Assembly: GCA_033763455.1 (NCBI GenBank)
Contig: JANRKO010000082.1
Span: 1-64,000 of the forward strand
From: Polyangiaceae bacterium
Lineage (GTDB): Bacteria; Myxococcota_A; Polyangia; Polyangiales; Polyangiaceae
Direction of reading: 5' to 3'
Length of the DNA: 64,000 nucleotides
A program made the translations under genes and the position numbers. The notes beneath the pieces are model-generated. The model searched no databases and was not told the origin of the DNA. It was given only the letters and a program-made list of their open reading frames with translations. Positions within the stretch are counted from its first letter, which is position 1; each line of letters starts with the position of its first letter. This document shows, piece by piece, positions 55,643 to 64,000 of the stretch.

Positions 55643-56862
55643 CGTATCAGAAATGCGGCACCTGCGAGCGCCAGGATCAGCACAAGCCCTAGCGCCAGCA
55701 ACCACATCTTGGTTGCACCTTTTGGTTCAGGCGCGCGCGGGGGGCGGGCCTTGGATGCAGCGTTTGCGGGGCGTTTCCCGGGGGGGAGCGAGGTTGGTGC
55801 TCCGCGGTTCTGTAGGCTTGCGTCCCCTTCTCGCGGCAAACCGACGTCGGCATTCTTGTAGTTCCGTAGGTCTTCTAGGAACGCGCGGATGGTTCGATAC
55901 CGAGCTTGGGAGGCTCGTGCTGTGCCTCTGCGAATCACGCGGGTGATGCCGTCCGGCACGAGTTTGGAGAGCGCGTCGAGCTTGGGTAGGGGAGAAGGGT
56001 CAGGTGGTGGGGTTTCGCCCAAGAACACAAAGTGAGCTAGCTGCGCCAAGCTGTACACGTCGACAGTTGCGTCCAATAAGATGCCTTTGAGAACTTCAGG
56101 CGCAGCGAATGCCTTGTATTCGTTGTCGAGCTCATCGGCGCGTGTCATGTGGTCCGCGATGCTGATGGTGCCCGCCTCCGTGATCACGGGCATGAGATCG
56201 TCATTAAGCAATACGTTGCTCGGGCACAGGCAGCCGTGGATAAGGCCTAATTCGTGGATCGCCTGGAGGGCGCCCCCAACCGCTTGGATGAACGCTAGCT
56301 TCTGCTCCAGGCTCCAACGCAGTGCGGATAGGTCCGCTGTGCTGCCGACTGTCCAGAGGTCGCTCAAGAAAGCGCCTTGTTCTTCGTACACCGCGTGGAC
56401 GGCCAAGATATCTCTGCGGTCCTGTAGCTCTCGCATGACCCGGGCGCCCGCCAAGAACAACTGCTGCTCCAGCGGCGCCGCGGTGCCACTCACACGGGTA
56501 AGTAGACGCTCTGTCCCTTCCGGCGTGCGCACGCGAAAACGTGACGTTGCGCCGCGCGAAGGTAACGCTTCAAGCAACTCAAATCCCAAACTAGCCAAAA
56601 GCGAGTTATTGGAAAGTGGAGCTGCGGAAACGGGGGCTTGAGAGAGCGGTGGTGCGGGCTCAGCTGGAGCTACGGGAGGGGCCTGAACTGGAACGACGCG
56701 AGGAGCAGCAGCAGGCTTGGGTGCAGCGACGTGAGGAGCGGCGGGTTTAGGAGCGGGAACGGGGGGAGCGGCAACAGCTCGGTTCGGTGTTGGTGGTGGG
56801 GGCGGACGCCGTGGCGGCGGGCCTCCCGGCGTGGGAGGTTTGGGGGCGTTGGGATCGCTCAT
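55639..56862 (-). CDS. Ser/Thr kinase-fold protein, probable pseudokinase, with Pro-rich N-terminus and C-terminal TM
   Basis: LIHGCLCPSNVLL, AAPEV, DVYSL, RYRT; HRD Asp and DFG motif absent. Confidence 0.75.
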   Translation of the reverse strand: MSDPNAPKPPTPGGPPPRRPPPPPTPNRAVAAPPVPAPKPAAPHVAAPKPAAAPRVVPVQAPPVAPAEPAPPLSQAPVSAAPLSNNSLLASLGFELLEALPSRGATSRFRVRTPEGTERLLTRVSGTAAPLEQQLFLAGARVMRELQDRRDILAVHAVYEEQGAFLSDLWTVGSTADLSALRWSLEQKLAFIQAVGGALQAIHELGLIHGCLCPSNVLLNDDLMPVITEAGTISIADHMTRADELDNEYKAFAAPEVLKGILLDATVDVYSLAQLAHFVFLGETPPPDPSPLPKLDALSKLVPDGITRVIRRGTARASQARYRTIRAFLEDLRNYKNADVGLPREGDASLQNRGAPTSLPPGKRPANAASKARPPRAPEPKGATKMWLLALGLVLILALAGAAFLIR

Positions 56863-56884
56863 GGTGTGCCTGCTAGAGGCTCGA

Positions 56885-57235
56885 TCAGGCGGAAAGGCCG
56901 CGCCCGAACAATACGCCGACATAGCGACGAAGTTTGGTGAGCGAGCCGTCGTCGATAGTCGTAAGCTCGCCACCACAGGCTCCGTTTGGGATGCCGGCTG
57001 TGTGGCGAATGGTCAATTCTGCGGCGAACGGGGGCAAGTTGGGCAGCTGTACCATGACGTTCAGGGTTTGTCCGGCTTTCCACTCTGCGGAAGCTGCGTC
57101 TAAGAGGAACCCAAATCCGCTAATGCTCACGTCCACAACCATCAGCCGCGCGCCGTTCGCCTCCAGACATTCGACTAAGATGTCATAGTCGCTGGCAGGT
57201 CTAACCCGGACGTGGCGTCTTCGTTCTTGTCCCAC
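56885..57235 (-). CDS. Single-domain PilZ protein
   Basis: ERRRHVR (RxxxR) and DVSISG (DxSxxG) c-di-GMP motifs. Confidence 0.8.
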   Translation of the reverse strand: MGQERRRHVRVRPASDYDILVECLEANGARLMVVDVSISGFGFLLDAASAEWKAGQTLNVMVQLPNLPPFAAELTIRHTAGIPNGACGGELTTIDDGSLTKLRRYVGVLFGRGLSA

Positions 57236-57330
57236 GGGGTGAAAGACGGCACATTTGCCCCAGTGCTACAGGGCGGGGGCTTCGTTTTTCGGCGGTGTGC
57301 TGGGAAAAACAGGGTGCTAGGCTCCCGCCG

Positions 57331-59331
57331 ATGGCTCCTTTTTCCGACGTTCCGGCGTCTTCCGTCCCCTGGGTCGACATTCTCGAAGCCCCGAATAGCA
57401 GCCTTTTTGAGATAGATGAGTCTCGCCCCGGCCCGGTGGGCAAGCTCCCACTCACCCCAAACGATCTGCTGCGGCGCCCGAGCGGGGACCTTTTCGGGTG
57501 GACGCAAAATGTAGGCATGGGGCTGCGGCCGGAAGAGTTGGGGCGGCCGGAGGTTTTGATCCTCAGTACGCAAGGTGGGATGCGCTCCTCAGATGGGCAG
57601 CCCATTGCGCTCGGGTTCCATACGGGCCACTTCGAGGTTGGGCGATTGGTGGAAGCGGCAGCGCTTGAGTTCCGCAAGCAGCGCATGATCCCTTTTGCCG
57701 GGCACTGCAGCGATCCGTGCGACGGCCGCACTCAGGGCACCAGCGGCATGTTCGACAGCTTACCGTATCGTAACGACGCGGCCATCGTGTTGCGGCGCTT
57801 GGTCCGTTCACTGCCAACACGGCGCGGGGTCCTGGGCGTAGCAACCTGCGACAAGGGTTTGCCTGCCATGATGATGGCGCTTTCAAGCTTCCCCGATCTA
57901 CCCACAGTGATTGTTCCGGGCGGCGTTACGTTGCCCGCGAGTGACGGCGAAGATGCCGGCAAAGTGCAGACCATTGGTGCTCGCTTCGCTCACGGGCAAA
58001 TCACACTCGAGCAAGCCCAAGATCTTGGGTGCCGTGCTTGTGGTAGCCCAGGTGGCGGATGCCAATTCCTAGGCACGGCCGCAACTTCGCAGGTGGTGGC
58101 GGAGGCTTTGGGTTTGGCTCTCCCCCACACGGCGCTTGCACCATCCGGTCAAGAGATTTGGCTACACGGGGCACGCCAAAGTGCACTCGCATTGCTTCGC
58201 CAGTTAACGCTAGGTATCTCGACGCGCCACATTCTCACGCCCGCCGCGCTCAAGAACGCTATGCTCGTTTTTGCAGCTTGTGGTGGCTCCACCAATTTGC
58301 TTTTGCATATTCCGGCCATTGCGCACGCGGCCGGTTTGCCAATTCCGACAGTTGAAGATTGGATCCAGGTTCATCGCGCCGTGCCGCGCATCGTTGATAG
58401 CTTGCCGAATGGCGTACATCCCACGGTGCGGGTGTTTCTTGCCGGCGGCGTTCCCGAAGTCATGCTCCAGCTTTCCGATCTTGGCCTTTTGGATCGCTCC
58501 GTGCTGACCGCGCTCGGGACACCCTTGGGCGATGTGCTTGACTGGTGGCGTGGCTCAGAGCGGCGTCAGAAGGTACGCGCGTTGCTGCGCGAAAAGACAG
58601 GTGTGGATGCCGGTGAGGTGATCTTCGAACCTGCGCGCGCAAAAGCACGGGGCATGACCAGTACTATCACGTTTCTCTCGGGAAATCTTTGCCCGGAAGG
58701 CGCGGTTATCAAAAGCACGGCCATCGATCCTTCGGTTATTAATGCGGACGGTGTGTATCGGCTAGTGGGGCCCGTGCGAGTGTTCCCAAGTGAGGCCAAA
58801 GCGATCGAAGCTATCAAGGATTCTGGCGAAAACGGCATCCAGGCGGGCGAGGTTCTGTGCCTGATCGGTGGCGGCCCCATGGGCTCCGGGATGGAGGAGG
58901 TGTACCAGGTGACCTCCGCTCTAAAGTATCATCCGCACGCCAAGCAGGTCGCATTGATCACGGATGCTCGGTTTTCAGGAGTATCCACGGGCCCATGCGT
59001 GGGACACGTGAGTCCCGAAGCGCTTGCTGGCGGCCCCATTGGTCGCTTACGCGACGGAGATCTCATCGAGGTGGCCATAGATACACGGACGTTGATCGGC
59101 AGGCTCAACGTGGTGCGAAGAGAAGCCGATGCCGTTATCCCAGATGCGAGCGCCCTCGAACGTCGTGGCCCTCATCCGGACTTGGCGCCGGCCCCAGAGC
59201 TTCCCGATGACACGCGGCTTTGGGCAGCCCTTCAAGATCTGAGCGGGGGCGTCTGGAAAGGTGCCGTTTATGACGCAGACAAGATCCTGCGCGTGCTCGA
59301 CGCTGGCAAACGTGCGCTAGGTCTAGGTTAG
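57331..59331 (+). CDS. YjhG/YagF family sugar-acid (D-xylonate-type) dehydratase, IlvD/Edd superfamily
   Basis: [67 protein letters not shown]. Confidence 0.92.
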   Translation: MAPFSDVPASSVPWVDILEAPNSSLFEIDESRPGPVGKLPLTPNDLLRRPSGDLFGWTQNVGMGLRPEELGRPEVLILSTQGGMRSSDGQPIALGFHTGHFEVGRLVEAAALEFRKQRMIPFAGHCSDPCDGRTQGTSGMFDSLPYRNDAAIVLRRLVRSLPTRRGVLGVATCDKGLPAMMMALSSFPDLPTVIVPGGVTLPASDGEDAGKVQTIGARFAHGQITLEQAQDLGCRACGSPGGGCQFLGTAATSQVVAEALGLALPHTALAPSGQEIWLHGARQSALALLRQLTLGISTRHILTPAALKNAMLVFAACGGSTNLLLHIPAIAHAAGLPIPTVEDWIQVHRAVPRIVDSLPNGVHPTVRVFLAGGVPEVMLQLSDLGLLDRSVLTALGTPLGDVLDWWRGSERRQKVRALLREKTGVDAGEVIFEPARAKARGMTSTITFLSGNLCPEGAVIKSTAIDPSVINADGVYRLVGPVRVFPSEAKAIEAIKDSGENGIQAGEVLCLIGGGPMGSGMEEVYQVTSALKYHPHAKQVALITDARFSGVSTGPCVGHVSPEALAGGPIGRLRDGDLIEVAIDTRTLIGRLNVVRREADAVIPDASALERRGPHPDLAPAPELPDDTRLWAALQDLSGGVWKGAVYDADKILRVLDAGKRALGLG

Positions 59332-59462
59332 GCGCTTACTTGGCGAACGCAAACGCAGTCGGGGCCTGTGCTGCCTGGACGCCCTTCTGTTTGCCGCGAG
59401 AGGTACTTGTCATGCGAAGTACTTGGGTCGTTCGAAAACATGGGTGCCACAGCGGCTGGCGA

Positions 59463-59498
59463 CGCTTCGCGCGCGAGCCGCGCTTCGCGCGCGAGCCG
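59463..59498. repeat. 18-bp tandem repeat CGCTTCGCGCGCGAGCCG x2 between convergent genes
   Basis: Exact copies at 59463 and 59481. Confidence 0.8.
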
Positions 59499-59524
59499 CC
59501 TCCCGCGCGCAAATATTAAACGAG

Positions 59525-62098
59525 CTATCGGAGGATTGGCAGGCTGGCGTGCGAAGCCTTGTGGGTGAAGCTTGGGAGCTCGTTGAAATTCAGGTAGCGG
59601 TAAAGGCTCGGCGCCATGCTGTCGATCTTGCCCGCGTACTTTTGATATTCCTCGGCGGTTGGCAGGCGACCCAAGAGGGACGCCACCGCGGCGAGCTCAG
59701 CGGAGGCTAGGTAAACGTTGGCACCTTTGCCGAGGCGATTGGGGAAGTTGCGTGTTGAGGTGGATACCACCGTGGAATTGGGAGCCACGCGCGCCTGATT
59801 GCCCATGCACAGCGAACAGCCTGGCATTTCCGTACGTGCGCCAGCTTGGGCAAACATGCTGTAAAAGCCCTCTTCGCGAAGCTGGGCTTCGTCCATTTTG
59901 GTGGGCGGCGCTACCCATAGACGCGTAGGAACCGGCTCTTTGTGTTGCTGGAGCAAGGTAGCCGCGGCGCGAAAATGCCCGATGTTCGTCATGCACGAAC
60001 CGATGAAAACCTCATCGATTTTCGCTCCCGCAACGGCAGATAGGGGCCGCACGTCGTCTGGATCATTGGGGCACGCCAAGAGGGGCTCTTTGACTTCGTT
60101 CATGTCGATTTCAAGCACAGCCGCGTATTCAGCGTCGGCGTCGGCCACCAATAGATCCGGGTTCGCCAGCCACCTCTCCATGGCCTGTGCCCGCCGCTCT
60201 AAGGTGCGGACGTCGCCGTAGCCCTCTGCTATCATCCAGCGGAGCATTATTACATTCGAACGCAGGTACTCGGCAATCGGCTCGGGATTGAGCTTGATGG
60301 TGCACCCGGCTGCGGAGCGTTCTGCGGTGGCGTCGCTCAACTCGAAAGCTTGTTCTACCTTCAGATCGGGCAGCCCTTCAATTTCCAAGATCTTTCCCGA
60401 GAAGATGTTCTTTTTGCCCTGAGTGTCGAGCGTGAGCAGCCCTTTTTGGAGCGCAGCGTATGGGATTGCATTGACGAGATCCCGGAGCGTAATTCCCGGC
60501 TGCATTTTGCCTTTGAAACGCACCAGTACACTTTCGGGCATGTCGAGCGGCATCACGCCGAGGGCGCCAGCGAAGGCGACCAGGCCTGAACCTGCTGGAA
60601 AGGATATGCCGAGTGGGAAGCGCGTGTGTGAATCGCCACCGGTGCCGACTTGATCAGGCAAAAGCATGCGATTGAGCCAAGAATGAATGATGCCGTCGCC
60701 GGGGCGTAACGAGATACCTCCGCGATTCGTTATGAAATCCGGCAAGGTGTGCTGTGTCTCAATGTCTACGGGCTTCGGATAGGCGGCCGTGTGACAGAAG
60801 GATTGTAGCACCAGATCTGCGGAGAACCCGAGGCAGGCTAGCTCCTTCAGCTCGTCGCGCGTCATCGGTCCGGTTGTATCCTGGGAACCCACCGTTGACA
60901 TTTTTGGTTCACAATAGGTACCGGGCCGTACGCCGGGTACGCCGCAAGCACGCCCGACAATTTTCTGCGCCAACGTAAACCCTTTACCGGTGTCAATCGG
61001 ATCCTTGGGGCGCTCGAATACTTCGGACGGTGGCAAGCCGAGGGATTCCCGTGCACGCCCCGTTAAGCTGCGACCGATGATGAGCGGAATGCGCCCGCCA
61101 GCTCGCACTTCGTCGAGCAAGATGCTCGTTTTCAGCTGGAAGTGCGCCACCACTTCGCCTTTTTCGTTCTCTATTTTACCTTCGTAGGGGAAAAGGTGAA
61201 TCACATCACCCATGTTGAGCTTCGAGACGTCACACTCGATGGCGAGCGCACCGGAATCTTCCAATGTGTTGAAGAAGATGGGAGCAATCTTCCCACCCAA
61301 CACAAAGCCTCCCGAACGCTTATTGGGAATGTAGGGAATATCCGTACCGAAATGCCAAAGCACGGAATTGGTGGCGCTTTTGCGGGAAGAGCCGGTGCCC
61401 ACCACGTCGCCAACATAGGCCACCGGGTGCCCCTTAGCCTTAACCTCTTTGATTTGGGAGAGCGCATCATGGATACCCTCTCTCGGGTTTTTCAGCATCG
61501 CCTGAGCATGAAGCGGGATATCAGGCCGCGACCACGCATCTTGGGCGGGCGAAAGATCATCCGTGTTGGTTTCGCCTTTTACTTTGAACACAGTGAGGGT
61601 GATACGGTCGGCGAGCTTTGGCCGACGCGTGAACCAGTCTGCATTGGCCCATGCTTGCATTACCTGCATGGCGTGGGGGTTTTTAGCTTTGGCTCGGGTA
61701 TCCACATCGTGGAAAGCATCAAACATGAGGAGCGTTGTCTCAAGTTGACGTGCGGCGTGGGGTGCGAGTTCGGCGTTGTCGAGCAAGCCCACTAGAGTAG
61801 AAATGTTGTAACCGCCGAGCATCGTGCCCAGAATTTCGATGGCTCGCACTTTGTCGATCAACGGTGACGTTGCTTCGCCTGCCGTAATCGCTGTGAGAAA
61901 CCCGGCCTTCACGTACGCGGCGTCATCCACGCCACCTGGGATGCGCTGGGTCAGCAGATCCAACAAGAATGCTTCTTCGCCAGGCGGGGGGGCTTTCAGC
62001 AATTCAACGAGAGCTTGCGCTTGCTGAGCGCTCAAGGGCTCGGGGACAACGCCTAAGGCGGCGCGCTCTTCAACGTGTTGGCGATATTCTTTAAGCAT
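59525..62098 (-). CDS. acnB: Aconitate hydratase B
   Basis: [64 protein letters not shown]. Confidence 0.97.
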   Translation of the reverse strand: MLKEYRQHVEERAALGVVPEPLSAQQAQALVELLKAPPPGEEAFLLDLLTQRIPGGVDDAAYVKAGFLTAITAGEATSPLIDKVRAIEILGTMLGGYNISTLVGLLDNAELAPHAARQLETTLLMFDAFHDVDTRAKAKNPHAMQVMQAWANADWFTRRPKLADRITLTVFKVKGETNTDDLSPAQDAWSRPDIPLHAQAMLKNPREGIHDALSQIKEVKAKGHPVAYVGDVVGTGSSRKSATNSVLWHFGTDIPYIPNKRSGGFVLGGKIAPIFFNTLEDSGALAIECDVSKLNMGDVIHLFPYEGKIENEKGEVVAHFQLKTSILLDEVRAGGRIPLIIGRSLTGRARESLGLPPSEVFERPKDPIDTGKGFTLAQKIVGRACGVPGVRPGTYCEPKMSTVGSQDTTGPMTRDELKELACLGFSADLVLQSFCHTAAYPKPVDIETQHTLPDFITNRGGISLRPGDGIIHSWLNRMLLPDQVGTGGDSHTRFPLGISFPAGSGLVAFAGALGVMPLDMPESVLVRFKGKMQPGITLRDLVNAIPYAALQKGLLTLDTQGKKNIFSGKILEIEGLPDLKVEQAFELSDATAERSAAGCTIKLNPEPIAEYLRSNVIMLRWMIAEGYGDVRTLERRAQAMERWLANPDLLVADADAEYAAVLEIDMNEVKEPLLACPNDPDDVRPLSAVAGAKIDEVFIGSCMTNIGHFRAAATLLQQHKEPVPTRLWVAPPTKMDEAQLREEGFYSMFAQAGARTEMPGCSLCMGNQARVAPNSTVVSTSTRNFPNRLGKGANVYLASAELAAVASLLGRLPTAEEYQKYAGKIDSMAPSLYRYLNFNELPSFTHKASHASLPILR

Positions 62099-62246
62099 TG
62101 AGGCAGCTCCTAGGATGGGCATATGCCAGGGGTCTGACTGGGAAGTCTAGCGCGGTCGAGCGCCAGAATTCGTCTCTCGGTCGTCGGGGCGTGGATGAGT
62201 CAGCAGGTTCTGTGAAGAGCCGCCTCGGGAACGTTTCGGGATGCAC

Positions 62247-62283
62247 AAAACGGGAAGAGCCCCGAATTCCTTCAGGGCTCTTC
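62247..62283 (-). terminator. Intrinsic terminator after the RRM gene
   Basis: Minus strand GAAGAGCCC-TGAA-GGAA-TTCG-GGGCTCTTC followed by CCGTTTT. Confidence 0.65.
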
Positions 62284-62317
62284 GAACCATTAATGGGTAG
62301 CTGTAGAAGCTTCTCGC

Positions 62318-62773
62318 TTACCAGCCGCCGCGACCACCGCCGCCACCGCCGCCACCGCCGCCGCGACCGCCGCGATCGCCACCGCGACCACCGCCGCCAC
62401 CGCCGCCGCGACCACCGCCGCCGCCGCGACGCTCACCGCCGCCGCCACCACCACCGAAGCCGCCGCCGCCGCCACCATGGCCGCCGCCACCGAAGCCGCG
62501 ACCACCGCCGCCACCGCCGCCACCGGTGCGCTCACGCGCGACGTTAACATTGAGCGAACGGCCACCCACTACGGTGCCATTCAGGCTCTCGATTGCGCGC
62601 TGGGCGTCCGCATCGGACTCGAATTCCACGAAACCAAAACCGCGGGATTGGCCCGTCATGCGGTCGAGCACGAGGGCAACGGACTGAAGCGGACCAATCG
62701 CTTCAAACATTTCTCGGAGCTGCTGCTCGGTTGTTGAAAAATCAAGGTTGCCCACGAAAAGCTTGTTGTTCAT
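62318..62773 (-). CDS. RRM RNA-binding protein with Gly/Arg-rich tail
   Basis: RNP2 LFVGNL, RNP1 RGFGFVEF, LNVNVARER; GGC/GGT-repeat tail. Confidence 0.95.
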   Translation of the reverse strand: MNNKLFVGNLDFSTTEQQLREMFEAIGPLQSVALVLDRMTGQSRGFGFVEFESDADAQRAIESLNGTVVGGRSLNVNVARERTGGGGGGGGRGFGGGGHGGGGGGFGGGGGGGERRGGGGGRGGGGGGGRGGDRGGRGGGGGGGGGGRGGW

Positions 62774-63001
62774 TAGATCGTCATCTCTCAGTTTGCGCTA
62801 GATTACTGGTTGATTCGGCGAACGCTCAGCGCTTGTGCTTTCTCCGACCCCTCCATCGAACTGGAGGGCGGTTCTACAGACTTAAACGCGGGCGGGTGAA
62901 CCGAACAGCGACGCATCTCTAGTACCAGGCCGAGGGCTAACACGGCCTTCGGCGCCGCGCGAGCAGATTTTGGGGGTAGATGCGCGCTCCGGCTCCTAGG
63001 C

Positions 63002-64000
63002 CTAAACCGCCCAGGTAAAGTAGGCAACGAGGGCAAGGTAGACTGGGCCCAGCGTGAGCAACGCCATACCCGAATAGCGAAAGAACGATGGGGTCTTCCA
63101 CCCAGCCTGATCCGCCACCGCCTTCACCATGAAGTTGGGCCCATTGCCGATATAAGTGTTGGCACCCATGAACACCGCGCCAAGGCTAATGGCGGTCAAG
63201 TGCAGGGTTGTGACGCCTCCCGCCCATTCTCCTTTCAGGCCGAGCCCCTCGGCCGCGGAGAGCAGCGCAAGGTACGTGGGGGCATTGTCGAGGACCGACG
63301 ACAGGGCTCCCGTGGCGAGGAAAAATTCCACCGGACTTGCCAAGCCAAGGCGCGGCCCCTCCACCTTCAGAAGCTCAAGCGCTGGCACCATCGTGATGAA
63401 CAGCGCGAGAAAGAGGATGCCGACCTCGATCACTGGGCCGAAGGAAAAGGCATTTTTGGAGTGTAGGTTGGGCTTCGTCAAGAAGAACCCGCCGAGGCCC
63501 GCGCTGAGCATTACAAGTTCACGCCATGGACTCGACAGGAAGACGGAACCGATAACAAGCCCGAGAAACGCCAACTGCCGCCAACCGTGGATCTTGATGG
63601 GGAGGCGCTCGGCTCGATCCAGTTCCAAGGACGTGATTGGTTCCTTCGCGTATGCTCTCCGATCCACCACCCAAAGCACGGCTAACAAGTACGCAATGGT
63701 AAGGGCCCAGATGGGATACAGGCGCAACGTCCAAGTGAACGGAATGCCGCGTAAATAACCTAAGAAAAGCGGCGGGTCCCCGAGAGGCGTGAGCAAGCCT
63801 CCGCAGTTGGAAACGAGCAGTATGAAGAACACCGGAAGGTGAACGGTATGTTGGCGTTGCCCGTTCGTGCGAAGTAGCAGACGGATGAGGAGCAAGCTTG
63901 CGCCGGTTGTCCCGATAATGTTCGCGAGGGTTGCCCCAAGTGCCATGATCGCAACGTTGGTCTCTGGTTTCCCTTCGAGATCTCCCTCAATGAATATCCC
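63002..64000 (-). CDS. Putative sodium:proton antiporter / ion-transporter superfamily permease (5' end outside window)
   Basis: GTTGAS, NCGGLLTPLGDPPLFLG, LSSVLDNAPTY, GANTYIGNGPNFMVK; frame open to position 64000. Confidence 0.85.
   Translation of the reverse strand, partial: GIFIEGDLEGKPETNVAIMALGATLANIIGTTGASLLLIRLLLRTNGQRQHTVHLPVFFILLVSNCGGLLTPLGDPPLFLGYLRGIPFTWTLRLYPIWALTIAYLLAVLWVVDRRAYAKEPITSLELDRAERLPIKIHGWRQLAFLGLVIGSVFLSSPWRELVMLSAGLGGFFLTKPNLHSKNAFSFGPVIEVGILFLALFITMVPALELLKVEGPRLGLASPVEFFLATGALSSVLDNAPTYLALLSAAEGLGLKGEWAGGVTTLHLTAISLGAVFMGANTYIGNGPNFMVKAVADQAGWKTPSFFRYSGMALLTLGPVYLALVAYFTWAV

Noticed and set aside
62098..62565. Arg/His-rich and Ala/Val-rich ORFs over the RRM tail
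   Set aside because: Alternative-frame readings of the GGC/GGT Gly repeat.
54080..62820. Shared 12-mer GTTGATTCGGCG upstream of the HNH-H1 (54080) and RRM (62809) genes
   Set aside because: Opposite orientation relative to the two genes, and one 12-mer match within 64 kb is expected by chance.

Overview
GC-rich bacterial chromosomal window. Gene content points to Myxococcota, probably Polyangia/Polyangiaceae-like (Myxococcus Cys-rich repeats, an AgmX/PglI-type C-terminal domain, Ser/Thr kinases, many Gly/Ser-linker lipoproteins); this taxonomy is inferred. About 40 CDSs are supported. I found no rRNA, tRNA, CRISPR array, transposase or integrase. Recognisable genes: malQ, a long-form phhA-like hydroxylase, manC, a GH78 rhamnosidase, uvrA, a stand-alone Smr, a MutS-V ATPase, an ABC-F, a SRAP protein, a YjhG/YagF dehydratase, acnB and an RRM protein. 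Most notable observations: (1) a phage HNH-like 'YGGRGI' protein that has lost a family-conserved Asp, carries a histone-H1-like tail, has its own promoter and palindromes, and lies upstream of SRAP; (2) a three-gene envelope operon encoding a heme-less DUF1549-like lipoprotein, a Tat DUF1501 protein and a two-domain cytochrome with a CX6CH motif; (3) seven predicted c-type cytochrome lipoproteins; (4) two sigma54 promoters with candidate enhancer repeats, one before an OMP-ECF-anti-sigma-DUF1592 module and one before a 69-aa gene; (5) a PilZ plus pseudokinase pair; (6) an effector-less STAND ATPase next to a decayed DUF4143 gene. All family calls come from motif recognition by eye, not from database searches.
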